A stretch of 64,000 nucleotides of DNA from Macrostomum lignano. Taxonomy: Eukaryota. Where the stretch lies: assembly GCA_002269645.1 (NCBI GenBank), contig NIVC01002208.1:1-64000 (forward strand), given 5' to 3'. Each line of letters begins with the position of its first letter. Position 1 is the first letter of the stretch. The position numbers and the translations under genes are program-made. Below the pieces are notes generated by a model, which worked only from the letters and a program-made list of their open reading frames with translations, searched no databases and was not told where the DNA came from. Positions 24,201-35,347 of the stretch are shown here, in pieces.

Positions 24201-27200
24201 TCTCATATCCTCAGGTGTTTCCCTAATTATCAATATCTCATATCCGCAGGTGTTTCCCTAATTATCAATATCTCATATCCTCAGGTGTTTCCCTAATTAT
24301 CAATATCTCATATCCTCAGGTGTTTCCCTAATTATCAATATCTCATATCCTCAGGTGTTTCCCTAATTATCAATATCTCATATCCTCAGGTGTTTCCCTA
24401 ATTATCAATATCTCATATCCTTATCGGGTGTTTCCCTAATTATCAATATCTCATATCCTCATCGGGTGTTTCCCTAATTATCAATATCTCATATCCTTAT
24501 CGGGTGTTTCCCTAATTATCAATATCTCATATCCGCAGGTGTTTCCCTAATTATCAATATCTCATATCCTCAGGTGTTTCCCTAATTATCAATGTCTCAT
24601 ATCCTCAGGTGTTTCCCTAATTATCAATATCTCATATCCGCAGGTGTTTCCCTAATTATCAATATCTCATATCCTCAGGTGTTTCCCTAATTATCAATAT
24701 CTCATATCCTCAGGTGTTTCCCTAATTATCAATATCTCATATCCTTATCGGGTGTTTCCCTAATTATCAATATCTCATATCCTCAGGTGTTTCCCTAATT
24801 ATCAATATCTCATATCCTTATCGGGTGTTTCCCTAATTATCAATATCTCATATCCTCAGGTGTTTCCCTAATTATCAATATCTCATATCCTCAGGTGTTT
24901 CCCTAATTATCAATATCTCATATCCTCAGGTGTTTCCCTAATTATCAATATCTCATATCCTCAGGTGTTTCCCTAATTATCAATATCTCATATCCTCAGG
25001 TGTTTCCCTAATTATCAATATCTCATATCCTTATCGGGTGTTTCCCTAATTATCAATATCTCATATCCTCATCGGGTGTTTCCCTAATTATCAATATCTC
25101 ATATCCTTATCGGGTGTTTCCCTAATTATCAATATCTCATATCCGCAGGTGTTTCCCTAATTATCAATATCTCATATCCTCAGGTGTTTCCCTAATTATC
25201 AATGTCTCATATCCTCAGGTGTTTCCCTAATTATCAATATCTCATATCCGCAGGTGTTTCCCTAATTATCAATATCTCATATCCTCAGGTGTTTCCCTAA
25301 TTATCAATATCTCATATCCTCAGGTGTTTCCCTAATTATCAATATCTCATATCCTCAGGTGTTTCCCTAATTATCAATATCTCATATCCTTATCGGGTGT
25401 TTCCCTAATTATCAATATCTCATATCCTCAGGTGTTTCCCTAATTATCAATATCTCATATCCTTATCGGGTGTTTCCCTAATTATCAATATCTCATATCC
25501 GCAGGTGTTTCCCTAATTATCAATATCTCATATCCTCAGGTGTTTCCCTAATTATCAATGTCTCATATCCTCAGGTGTTTCCCTAATTATCAATATCTCA
25601 TATCCGCAGGTGTTTCCCTAATTATCAATATCTCATATCCGCAGGTGTTTCCCTAATTATCAATATCTCATCCTCAGGTGTTTCCCTAATTAGGTGAATC
25701 AGAACTGTCTCACCTTTTCTAAGAGTTCTTAGAAAATAATAAAACTTGGACATTTCCCACCTGCCTGCACCGAATCTGCAGTTCACTAACGCATGCGCAC
25801 CCCGAACAATGCCCACCTGCCTGCAGTTCCCCAGTGCTCACTAACCCTCGATCGGCCAAGTTTCTCAGACGAGACCCGGCCGACAATCGAGTGTTCGCTG
25901 AGGACGGCGCCACTATGGCCTCGCCTAGAGTTCGCGACCAATGCAACCAGTTGCTAAGGACTCCTTGTCGCCTAGGCAACAGTCATCAAAAGCAGCAACA
26001 ACAGCAGCTGCTGCAGCAGTCTCAGTCGCAACAACGCCATAATTTCAGTTCGGCCAATCGTCCGATAGTGTCCATACTGCGGAAAACTCGGACAGCCGGA
26101 CTAAGAGCCGAGGCCTCAGGCAATCAGCATCAGCGATCGCACAGCCCCGCTGGACGGCTGCGGTTTGCCGACGCCGTTGAGGACGCCAGTCCGGAGCAGC
26201 GGCAGCCTTCAGATTCTCAGCCAATGCAACGTCGTGCAACTCCCGGACCTCCGCCGCCAACTGCTGCGTCGCCTTCGCCGGCGCCAGGCCCGTCTCCCAT
26301 ACCGATTGGTTGGTGTTCATTGATTATGGCAAATTTTAACACGATGGATCATTATAGCTCAAGTCTTTTCCATCGGTGCAGATCTGGACGAGACCAGCTT
26401 CGACTCTCCGTCCTACAAGCGCGAGCAGTCCGCCTCCGGCCCCGCCGCCGCTGCAGGCAGTAAAAGCGTCGGGGAGGCCAAGCTGAGCAGTAGCCGGTCA
26501 TTCGATGTTGAAATGGCCGAAGCGACTGTGGCGGTTGGCTCCGAATTGACTGCACTGTCGTCTGGTGAGCGTTTGTTTTCAGATGGAGTTATTCTGCCAG
26601 ATCACGTGTCAAGGTCTAGTTTTTAGTTTCTGGGGCGTTTCGTGAGCGCGGAATTTTGAGTTTTTATGAAATCGAAGTTTTTATGAAAAGCTTGTGATGA
26701 AGCTGTGCGCTTGTGAAGCTTTGAGCTTGTGATGAAGCTGTGCGCTTGTGAAGCTTTGAGCTTGTGATGAAGCTGTGCGCTTGTGAAGCTTTGAGCTTGT
26801 GATGAAGCTTTGAGCTTGTGCTGAAGCTTTAAGCTTGTGAAGTTTTGAGCTTGTGATGAAGCTTTGAGCTTGTGATGAAGCGTTGAGCTTGTGATGAAGC
26901 TTTGAGCTTGTGATGAAGCGTTGAGCTTGTGCAGTTTCGAGCTTGTGATGAAGCTGTGAGGTTGTGAAGTTTCGAGCTTGTGATAAAGCTTTGAGCTTGT
27001 GATAAAGATTTGAGCTTGTGAAGCTTCAAGCTTTTGACGTTTTGAGCTTGTGAAAGCGACCTATATTTTCCAATCCAGGTGAGATTGGAAACATTTGGAT
27101 TTTAAGTTAAGCAGAATTGGCAGCGGTTAGTACACGGCTGATTTTTAGGCTGATTTTTTGTTGCATCGCCTCCAAGGCAGCCACCACTTATTATCTGATA

Positions 27201-30200
27201 AAAAACCAAAACATTTTCGTCTTTTTGAGACACTTCATAAAAATGAGCTGATCAGAACTTGTTCAGGTAAAGTCGTACATCTGTAGTTGCACAATTTTTT
27301 ATCTTCACCAGATGACAGCGGCACTTCGGCAACAAAGCCGCCTCGACCTCAAGGGTTGGCTGTGCCGCCGAAAATAAACTCTGTCGATGACGTCAGCCAG
27401 TCTAACCGTGGAAGCGCTGCCGTGTCGCCGGCTTCGTCGTCTGATGTCTTTGTAACGCCAGAGGACACCTGTAAGCGATGGGGGTCTTTGTTATTGGTAG
27501 TGTGACTTTTATTAAGCTTTTTTTAATCTGTTCAGTTGGAGCGATAATTCCTCAGCACGAAGTCTAATGCGAATGCTCATAAAGCGAATGCTCATAGAGC
27601 GAATGCTCATAAAGCGAATGCTCATAAAGCGAATGCTCATAGAGCGAATGCTCATAAAGCGAATGCTCATAGAGCAAATGCTTTTAGAGCGAATGCTCAT
27701 AGAGCGAGCGAATGCTCATAGAGCGAGTGCTCATAGAGCGAATTCTTATAGAGCGAATGCTCATAGAGCGAGCGAATGCTCATAGAGCGAATGCTCATAG
27801 AGCGAATGCTCATAGAGCGAATGCTCATAGAGCGAATGCTCATAGAGCGAATTCTCATAGAGCAAATTCTCATAGAGCGAATTCTCATACAGCGAATGCT
27901 CATAGAGCGAATGCTCATAGAGCAAATTCTCATAGAGCTAATGCTCATAGAGCGAATGCTCATAGAGCAAATTCTCATAGAGCTAATGCTCATAGAGCGA
28001 ATGCTCATAGAGCAAATTCTCATAGAGCTAATGCTCATAGAGCGAATGCTCATAGAGCAAATTCTCATAGAGCTAATGCTCATAGAGCGAATGCTCATAA
28101 AGCAAATTCTCATAGAGTGAATGCTTAAAGATAGAGTGCTCATAATGCGAATGCTCACGAAACTCAAAATAGATGCTTATTAAAATGTCATCGGATAAAT
28201 TATGATAGAAAAGCAAAGCTCTCATTCGTACTGTGTCCTACTTTGCGATAAACTAACTGAGCCTCGTTGAACTCTCCTGTCGCCATTCCAGCTCCGGTTG
28301 TCGAGCGGCCCACGCCGCCTCCGCCAGAATCAGTCGTATCAGTTCCCTTCTGTAGCCCAGCCGTCACCGCTGCCAGTCCCGTAGCTTCAATGGCTCGCAG
28401 CGACCTGCTTGGCCGCCGCTCCGTTTCCCCCGGTGCCGCATCCGCCGCTGCGCCCAGAATCGAATCCGAGCAGCCTTCCGCTTCCTCGTTCACCTTCGCT
28501 AAGCCTTTGCCGAATATTCGGCTAGCAGCTGTACAGTCAGCGGCGGTTGACACGGCGTCTGCTAGCAGCGCTGACTTCGTTTTCAGTCCGCCGACCAAGC
28601 TGGGTCGGGCTCGATTCATCCGATCGGCTCAGCGAATGTCGCCTCCGCTTCAGCAGCCGACTCAGCGGGTGTCGCCTCCACTTCAGCAGCCGACTCAGCG
28701 GGTGTCGCCTCCACTTCAGCAGCCGACTCAGCGGGTGTCGCCTCCACTTCAGCAGCCGACTCAGCGGGTGTCGCCTCCACTTCAGCAGCCGACTCAGCAG
28801 GTGTCGCCTCCGCTTCAGCAGTCAACTCAGCAGGTGTCGCCTCCGCTTCAGCAGTCAACTCAGCAGGTGTCGCCTCCGCTTCAGCAGCCGACTCAGCGAG
28901 TGTCCTCGCAAGATCAACAGTCGCCCCCGCTCTCACCTCAGTCCCAGCAGCAGCAGTCGCCGTCAGTAATATCAGTAGTAGTAGTTCGACGTCCCGCCGG
29001 CTCACCAATTGTCGTCCATTCGACGTCGCCGCAAAGCGTCAGCCCATCCACCGGCGCTAGTCGTCCAGCCGCGGACGCGGGCGATTTCGGTCAGAAGACG
29101 GTCGTGCAGGAGGTCAGCATGGATATTAGTTCCGCCGGCATGCAAGAGGAAGCGGTTGCTACGGCCGATGAGCGGCAATCGGAACAAACGGCGAATATCT
29201 CCGGGGATCGTGAAACGGAAAGCCACTTCGAAACTGACAGCTTCTTTTCTAATCAGCCGCCTGTGGCAGGGCCCTCTGCATCCAGGCAGGAGGACGTCGA
29301 TGAGGAAGTGGGGGAGGAAGACGAAGAGGAAGAAACGATATCGACAAGACGTTCAGTAGGTCGGCGTGGTCGTCGACGACCTCGACGTTTGTCGGAGTCG
29401 ACGCAAAGCAGTGCTGACGCAGAGAAGCCAGACGCAAAGGAAAAGGAGGCTGACAATGCTAGTAAGGAGGAGAATGCGGAAGATGTGAACACGGAAGCGG
29501 ATGCTGCCTCTACGGTGCCGAAGACGAGACGTAGCGCCGCCGCCACCGCTGATGGACGTCGTAAAACGGGACCGAAGCGCGCCGTCGGTCAGCGAAGTCG
29601 TCGGCGGCGAGTGTCAAAGCAGGACGAGACGGTGGCGGCCGCCGAGGAGGCTGCCGCTTCGTCATCCAGCGAGTCGGACAGTGACGACAAGGCGGAGGCA
29701 GAACAGCCAGAAGCCGAAGACGCTACCGAAGAGACGATGGCGGCGTCGCCGGAGGTGAAATACCAGCTCCGGCGACGGGTGTCCATGTCGGCGCCGCCTA
29801 CCCCGACTTCGGCAGCGCCGTCACTGGCTCAGCCACCGCCGCAGCAAAAGCTACGTCGGAGCTCTCGCCGCGCCTCAGTCCAGTCCGTTGACGAAGCTGA
29901 CTTTGCGATGCCGCCTCCGCCACCTCCTCCGCAGTCGCAGTCCACGCAACAGTCGGCGTCCGCTTCGACAGCCGCGACAGTCGCCGATGAGGAGGATCTG
30001 TTGAACACCAGCGCCAGCTCCTTGGACTCGGAGATGTCCATCGCCAGCGCCCCGGCCGGCCCGTCTATCAGACGGTCGAACCGCCTGCGTGGTCGCCGGC
30101 AGCAGCCGCCGCGTGCAGCCGCTGTCGGCGGTCGGCGAGCCTCCGTCGCTTCAGCCGCCGCAGCCGACGATCTGCCAGCCCTGCCAGAGGAGGCCACCGC

Positions 30201-30492
30201 CGCGTCGCCAGACTCGGTCCGCAGCAGCTCCTCCGCTGTGGTCGGAAGTCGCTCCGCCGTCGCCGGTCGTCGACGTCGCGGCCGACCAGCAAGCCGAGCG
30301 GCGTCGTCCGAATTCGTCGGCGGCTCACCGGACAGCGCGGCCAGCGGCGCCAGCAGCTCTCTGAGCGTCCGCACGGACATCGTCGAGAGTCGTCAGTCGT
30401 CGCGTCGTCAACGACGTCGGGGAGGCGACGGCGACGAGTCGGCGAAACCTGCCGCAGGCAGGCGGATCGGTCTGCGCAGCCGGAAGAAATAG
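12288..30492 (+). CDS. AHCTF1: Nucleoporin ELYS / AT-hook-containing transcription factor 1 (MEL-28), 14 coding exons, about 2217 aa
   Basis: Exons 12288-12384, 12671-13339, 13680-13863, 14125-14235, 14340-14835, 16084-17097, 20430-20942, 21584-21812, 22677-22836, 23064-23189, 25827-26308, 26382-26564, 27312-27470, 28262-30492. All introns are GT-AG, phases are consistent and the total is 6654 nt. Recognised ELYS motifs: GHVMLIDLRLDD, VGFSFG, DDDPMNLLYLW, GVFDLNRWYQCQLP, EQLFYP, LWSLDH, LPRVQR, PKPL; the C-terminus is disordered and basic with RRRRGRP. Confidence 0.88.
12468..12660. repeat. 34-bp tandem repeat (about 5 units) in ELYS intron 1
   Basis: Unit GTGTGAATATTGGTTTACCCTTATCTATATCCAG, with GT starting at 12484, 12518, 12552, 12586 and 12620. 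Confidence 0.9.
14862..15945. repeat. GT-rich minisatellite (about 27-35 bp units) in ELYS intron 5
   Basis: Unit about GTGTCTGCGTGAGTGTGTCTGCATGTGTGTGTCTG. Confidence 0.95.
17149..20388. repeat. Compound minisatellite in ELYS intron 6: three 83-bp units, then about 3 kb of 9/12/18-bp derived units
   Basis: 83-bp unit starts at 17149, 17232 and 17315, followed by GTGTCATTGTCTGACCTA / GTGTCTGTTCTA / GTGTCTGTA units. Confidence 0.95.
20950..21555. repeat. 24-bp minisatellite in ELYS intron 7
   Basis: Unit GCACATTGAGC(C/A/G)ACAAGTTTAGCG; it translates as repeats such as GTLSNKFS. Confidence 0.95.
22258..22549 (-). mobile_element. tRNA-derived SINE with CORE-like central domain (copy 1)
   Basis: Minus strand: A box TAGTGGTTGGAGC, B box GGTTCGATTCC, then TGTGTCCTTGAGCAAGACACTTAGC...CCCAGCTGTAAAATGGG, which resembles the MIR/CORE consensus. 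Three more copies occur in the window. Confidence 0.85.
23352..25692. repeat. 35/39-bp minisatellite (about 65 units) in ELYS intron 10
   Basis: Unit GTGTTTCCCTAATTATCAATATCTCATATCCTCAG, with variants ending CCGCAG or CCT(C/T)ATCGG. Confidence 0.95.
26690..27055. repeat. About 19-bp minisatellite in ELYS intron 12
   Basis: Unit GCTTGTGATGAAGCTTTGA. Confidence 0.9.
27565..28160. repeat. 15-bp minisatellite in ELYS intron 13
   Basis: Unit AGCGAATGCTCATAG. Confidence 0.95.
28630..28894 (+). repeat. Coding 33-bp tandem repeat (8 x QRVSPPLQQPT) in the last ELYS exon
   Basis: In-frame repeat within the 28262-30492 exon. Confidence 0.9.
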
Positions 30493-31179
30493 GTGAACTG
30501 GCCGGCTCTCTCGCCGGACTTGACAAGACACTGGATAATGAGTTTATATATTAGCAAGCTAGTACTGATTGTACTTTTAGCTGCTTCATCTAATCTATAA
30601 TATATAGTTATAGGCGTGCATTTTTGTTTATTTTTGTATGCTTCGTAATCTTAGCCTCCCCTGGCCTTAATAGCAGGCTCCATTAGCCGTGTCCCCGTTT
30701 TACTACTCATTGTCACTAGTACGGCAGTAGCCATAATAGGGAATTACTAGCAAATTGACAACATATTATTTTTGTTAGATAAATTTAATACTCAACTAGT
30801 GTGTTTAACTTTGACGTGAGGTAATATTTCTACTGCATATGTGCAATTCAAGCATGGCATATGCGAGTCAATTTTAGTTTTTTAATGCCTGTCTTATAAC
30901 TTAGACGGCGTCAAAGTTTTTAATTGTAGCTTTGATCGATTTTCCCCGTATGTTCAATTTGAATAGGGATTTTTTCGCGCTGACTTCAATGCTTTTTCGG
31001 CTGACGTACAAAATTGGTCACTTACATTTAATGTATTTTTGACATTTTCTGCTCAATGCCATTCATGAATAAGTAATTATTTATTCTACGCTAATTTGAG
31101 CCAGCCTCAACAATTATTTTCGTTGCGTTGTTCAACTTTTTTAATTAAAGTATGGGATTGTCCTGATCAGCACCGTCTA

Positions 31180-31560
31180 ATCCTCATAAGCATTCGGGAA
31201 TCCCATCATCACTCGGGGATACCCCATAAGCGTTCGGGAATCCCCATCGTTACTTGGGGAATCCTTATAAGCATTCGGGAATCCCATCATCACTTGGGGA
31301 ATCCCCATAAGCATTCGGGAATCCTCCTCATCATTTGGGTATTCCCCATAAGCATTCGGGAATCCCATCATCACTTGGGGAATCCCCATAAGCATTTGGG
31401 AATCCTCATCATCACTCGGGGATTCCCCATAAGCATTTGGGAATCCCCATCAGCTTTCGAGAATCTCCACCAGCATGTGGGGAATCCCCATCAGCATTCG
31501 GGTAATCCCCATCATCACTCGGGGAATTCCCATAAGCATTCGGGAATCCCCATCAGCTTT
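31180..31560. repeat. About 40-bp degenerate tandem repeat between ELYS and RPB9
   Basis: Unit about ATAAGCATTCGGGAATCCC(C)ATCATCACTTGGGGAATCCCC. Confidence 0.85.
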
Positions 31561-31672
31561 CGAGAAATGTCCTTATTAAATCTTATATTATATATACTAC
31601 TTAAAGCCTACAGCAGTAGCATCAATAGCGCCTTTCTACAATCGTGTGCATGCGTCTCATTGCACTAATAAG

Positions 31673-33697
31673 ATGGACGGTTTTGATGACGCGGCCTCGG
31701 TGTCCAGCAACAGGGACAAGGAGGGCGACGACGGTGCGTCCGGCGGTCTGAAATTTGTCGGCATTCTGTTCTGCCAGGAGTGCAACAATATGCTGTATCC
31801 CAGGGAGGATAAGGCCAATAGGCAGTTGGTTTATTCGGTTAGTTATTTGTTACGACTACTACTAACAGTAGCAATTTAAGCTTAACCTAAACTGCTCTGA
31901 AACTTTATCGGGTTGACATGATGAGGCCATGGAGCATGGACATTGTTAGCGGCAGAGACATGGTGGACAGTAAATGCTTTGCCCTCCCGCCCCACACTGT
32001 AGCCCGTGATAGAATTTTGCATTAGGGCGCCAAATATATCACCTTCGGCGCTATAAGGTACCATAATAATGAGTGCCTGTCTGCGGCGCCAAAATTAGTG
32101 CCTTTAGCGCTAATATGAGTGCCTGCCTCTGGCGCCAAAATGAGTGCCTGCGGCGCCAAAATGAGTACCTGCCTGCGCCGCCAAAATAAGTGCCTGCCTG
32201 CGGCGCCAAAATGAGTGCCTGCGCCGCCAAAATGAGTGCCTGCGGCGCCAAAATGAGTGCCTGTGGCGCCAAAATGAGTGCCTGCGGCGCCACAATGAGT
32301 GCCTGCGGCGCCAAAATGAGTGCCTTTAGCGCTAAAATGAGTGCCTGCCTTTAGCGCTAAAATGAGTGCCTGCCTTCGGCGCCAAAATGAGTGCCTGCCT
32401 TCGGCGCCAAAATGAGTGCCTGCCTGCGGCGCCAAAATGAGTGCCTGCCTTCGGCGCCAAAATAAGTGCCTGCCTGCGGCGCCAAAATGAGTGCCTGCTT
32501 GCGGCGCCAAAATGAGTGCCTGCCTGCGGCGCCAAAATGAGTGCCTGCCTGCGGCGCCAAAATAAGTGCCTGCCTGCGGCGCCAAAATGAGTGCCTGCCT
32601 GCGGCGCCAAAATGAGTGCCTGCCTGCGGCGCCAAAATAAGTGCCTGCCTGCGGCGCCAAAATGAGTGCCTGCGGCGCCAAAATAAGTGCCTGCCTGCGG
32701 CGCCAAAATAAGTGCCTGCCTGCGGCGCCAAAATGAATGCCTGTAGCGCCAAAATGAGTGCCTCTGGCGCCAAAATGAGTGCCTGCCTGCGGCGCCAAAA
32801 TAAGTGCCTGCCTGCGGCGCCAAAATGAATGCCTGTAGCGCCAAAATGAGTGCCTCTGGCGCCAAAATGAGTGCCTGCCTGCGGCGCCAAAATGAGTGCC
32901 TGCGGCGCCAAAATGAGTGCCTGCCTGCGGCGCCAAAATAAGTGCCTGCCTGCGGCGCCAAAATGAATGCCTGTAGCGCCAAAATGAGTGCCTCTGGCGC
33001 CAAAATGAGTGCCTGCTTGCGGCGCCAAAATGAGTGCCTGCCTGCGGCGCCAAAATGAGTGCCTGCGGCGCCAAAATGAGTGCCTGTGGTGTCAAAATGA
33101 GTGCCTGCAGTGCCAAAATGAGTGCCTGTGGCGCCAAAATGAGTGCCTGTGGCGCCAAAATGAGTGCCTGTGGCGCCAAAATGAGTGCCTGTGGCGCCAA
33201 AATGAGTGCCTGCGGCGCCACAATGATTGCCTGTCTGCGGCGCCAAAATGTATAATGTATAGGAAATTAGTCGTAGAATTCTTGGCTTTGTCCCCCATCA
33301 TAAAATCCATGAGGACACCCTGTCATAGAGACATGTTCAGTTGTAATAAGCTGCATGTGCTTGCTTGTGTATTCAGCTGTTTTCTTAACTCATTTCTCCT
33401 TTCTCCATCTTCCCACTGCAGTGCCGCAACTGCGGCTACTCCCAGCCAGCATTGAACCCGTGTGTCTACGTCAACAAAGTTGAGCACGACGTCGACGAGC
33501 TGACCCAAATTGTGGCCGACGTTATTCACGACCCAACTCTGCCCAGGACCAACGAGCACCCCTGTCCCATGTGCCACCACAAGGACGCTGTGTTCTTCCA
33601 GTCGCAGAGTAAACGGGCTGAGGAGGGCATGAAGCTCTATTATGTGTGCCGCAATGAGGGCTGCGCCTACAAGTGGACTGATACGTCTGCTCAGTGA
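31673..33697 (+). CDS. POLR2I: DNA-directed RNA polymerase II subunit RPB9, 2 exons, 146 aa
   Basis: Exons 31673-31837 and 33422-33697. [15 protein letters not shown]...CRNC and DPTLPRT...CPMC...AVFFQ...MKLYYVC...C are the two RPB9 zinc ribbons. Confidence 0.97.
32085..33250. repeat. 21/25-bp minisatellite in the RPB9 intron
   Basis: Unit GCGGCGCCAAAATGAGTGCCT(GCCT). Confidence 0.95.
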
Positions 33698-33704
33698 ACT
33701 GCTG

Positions 33705-34975
33705 AGAACTGGGGTTTGCGGGATTTCCTACGTGTGAACTGGGATCTGCGAGATTTTCCTGTGTGTGAACTGGGGTCTGCGAGATTTTCCTGTGTGTGAA
33801 CTGGGATCTGCGAGATTTTCCTGTGTGTGAACTGGGATCTGCGAGATTTTCCTGTGTGTGAACTGGGATCTGCGGGATTTTCCTGTGTGTGAACTGGGAT
33901 CTGCGAGATTTTCCTGTGTGTGAACTGGGATCTGCGAGATTTTCCTGTGTGTGAACTGGGATCTGCGAGATTTTCCTGTGTGTGAACTGGGATCTGCGAG
34001 ATTTTCCTGTGTGTGAACTGGGATCTGCGAGATTTTCCTGTGTGTGAACTGGGGTCTGCGAGATTTTCCTGTGTGTGAACTGGGATCTGCGAGATTTTCC
34101 TGTGTGTGAACTGGGGTCTGCGAGATTTTCCTGTGTGTGAACTGGGATCTGCGAGATTTTCCTGTGTGTGAACTGGGATCTGCGAGATTTTCCTGTGTGT
34201 GAACTGGGATCTGCGGGATTTTCCTACGTGTGAACTGGGATCTGCGAGATTTTCCTGTGTGTGAACTGGGGTCTGCGAGATTTTCCTGTGTGTGAACTGG
34301 GATCTGCGAGATTTTCCTGTGTGTGAACTGGGATCTGCGAGATTTTCCTGTGTGTGAACTGGGATCTGCGGGATTTTCCTGTGTGTGAACTGGGATCTGC
34401 GAGATTTTCCTGTGTGTGAACTGGGATCTGCGAGATTTTCCTGTGTGTGAACTGGGATCTGCGAGATTTTCCTGTGTGTGAACTGGGGTCTGCGAGATTT
34501 TCCTGTGTGTGAACTGGGATCTGCGGGATTTTCCTGTGTGTGAACTGGGATCTGCGGGATTTTCCTGTGTGTGAACTGGGATCTGCGGGATTTTCCTGTG
34601 TGTGAACTGGGATCTGCGAGATTTTCCTGTGTGTGAACTGGGATCTGCGGGATTTTCCTGTGTGTGAACTGGGATCTGCGGGATTTTCCTGTGTGTGAAC
34701 TGGGATCTGCGGGATTTTCCTGTGTGTGTGAACTGGGATCTGCGAGATTTTCCTGTGTGTGAACTGGGATCTGCGAGATTTTCCTGTGTGTGAACTGGGA
34801 TCTGCGGGATTTTCCTGTGTGTGAACTGGGATCTGCGAGATTTTCCTGTGTGTGAACTGGGGTCTGCGAGATTTTCCTGTGTGTCAACTTGGATCTGTGA
34901 ACTCAAATCTGTGAACTTGGATCTGTGTGAACTGGGATCTGTGAACTTGGATCTGTGTGAACTGGGATCTGAAGG
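33705..34975. repeat. 33-bp minisatellite starting directly after the RPB9 stop codon
   Basis: Unit GTGTGTGAACTGGGATCTGCGAGATTTTCCTGT. Confidence 0.95.
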
Positions 34976-35347
34976 TCCGAAGGTCTAATACATGTGAAAT
35001 AACATATTTGATTTTTATGGCTATATGAGATCTGCAGATCCCATTATGTGGACTTGTGCTTTGGTAGTTATTTTGGGTTGCCTTAAATTTTTTCATTATT
35101 GAACTGACAGCAGCCATTGTAGCTGATTTGAATGTTTGCATTTTTTGTATTGCCGGTTGTTATTACTCCGATTCTGAGTTCATTGGCAACAAAACAATGA
35201 ATTCATTGTAGTTAATAACCCTAAATGTGCTTATCTGTTCTACTAATTGAAACCTAAATTAAATTTTCCTTGTAAACATAATCAATTTGTAATTTCGAAA
35301 CTTTTAAGTTCGTAATTTATTTACTTCAAATCTAAATTGATTGGTCT

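Noticed and set aside
27536-27561. Possible ELYS micro-exon after TTCAG (FGAIIPQHE)
   Set aside because: It is 26 nt with a weak donor and would break phase; exons 13 and 14 already join in frame without it.
28200-30531. Antisense and alternate-frame ORFs over GC-rich exons (also at 16030-16943, 40034-40429, 42710-43120, 52114-52530, 59715-60450)
   Set aside because: Shadow ORFs expected from GC3-biased coding sequence on the other strand or frame.
32022-34906. 220-400-aa minus-strand ORFs ([16 protein letters not shown] repeats)
   Set aside because: Stop-free translations of tandem arrays in and after RPB9.
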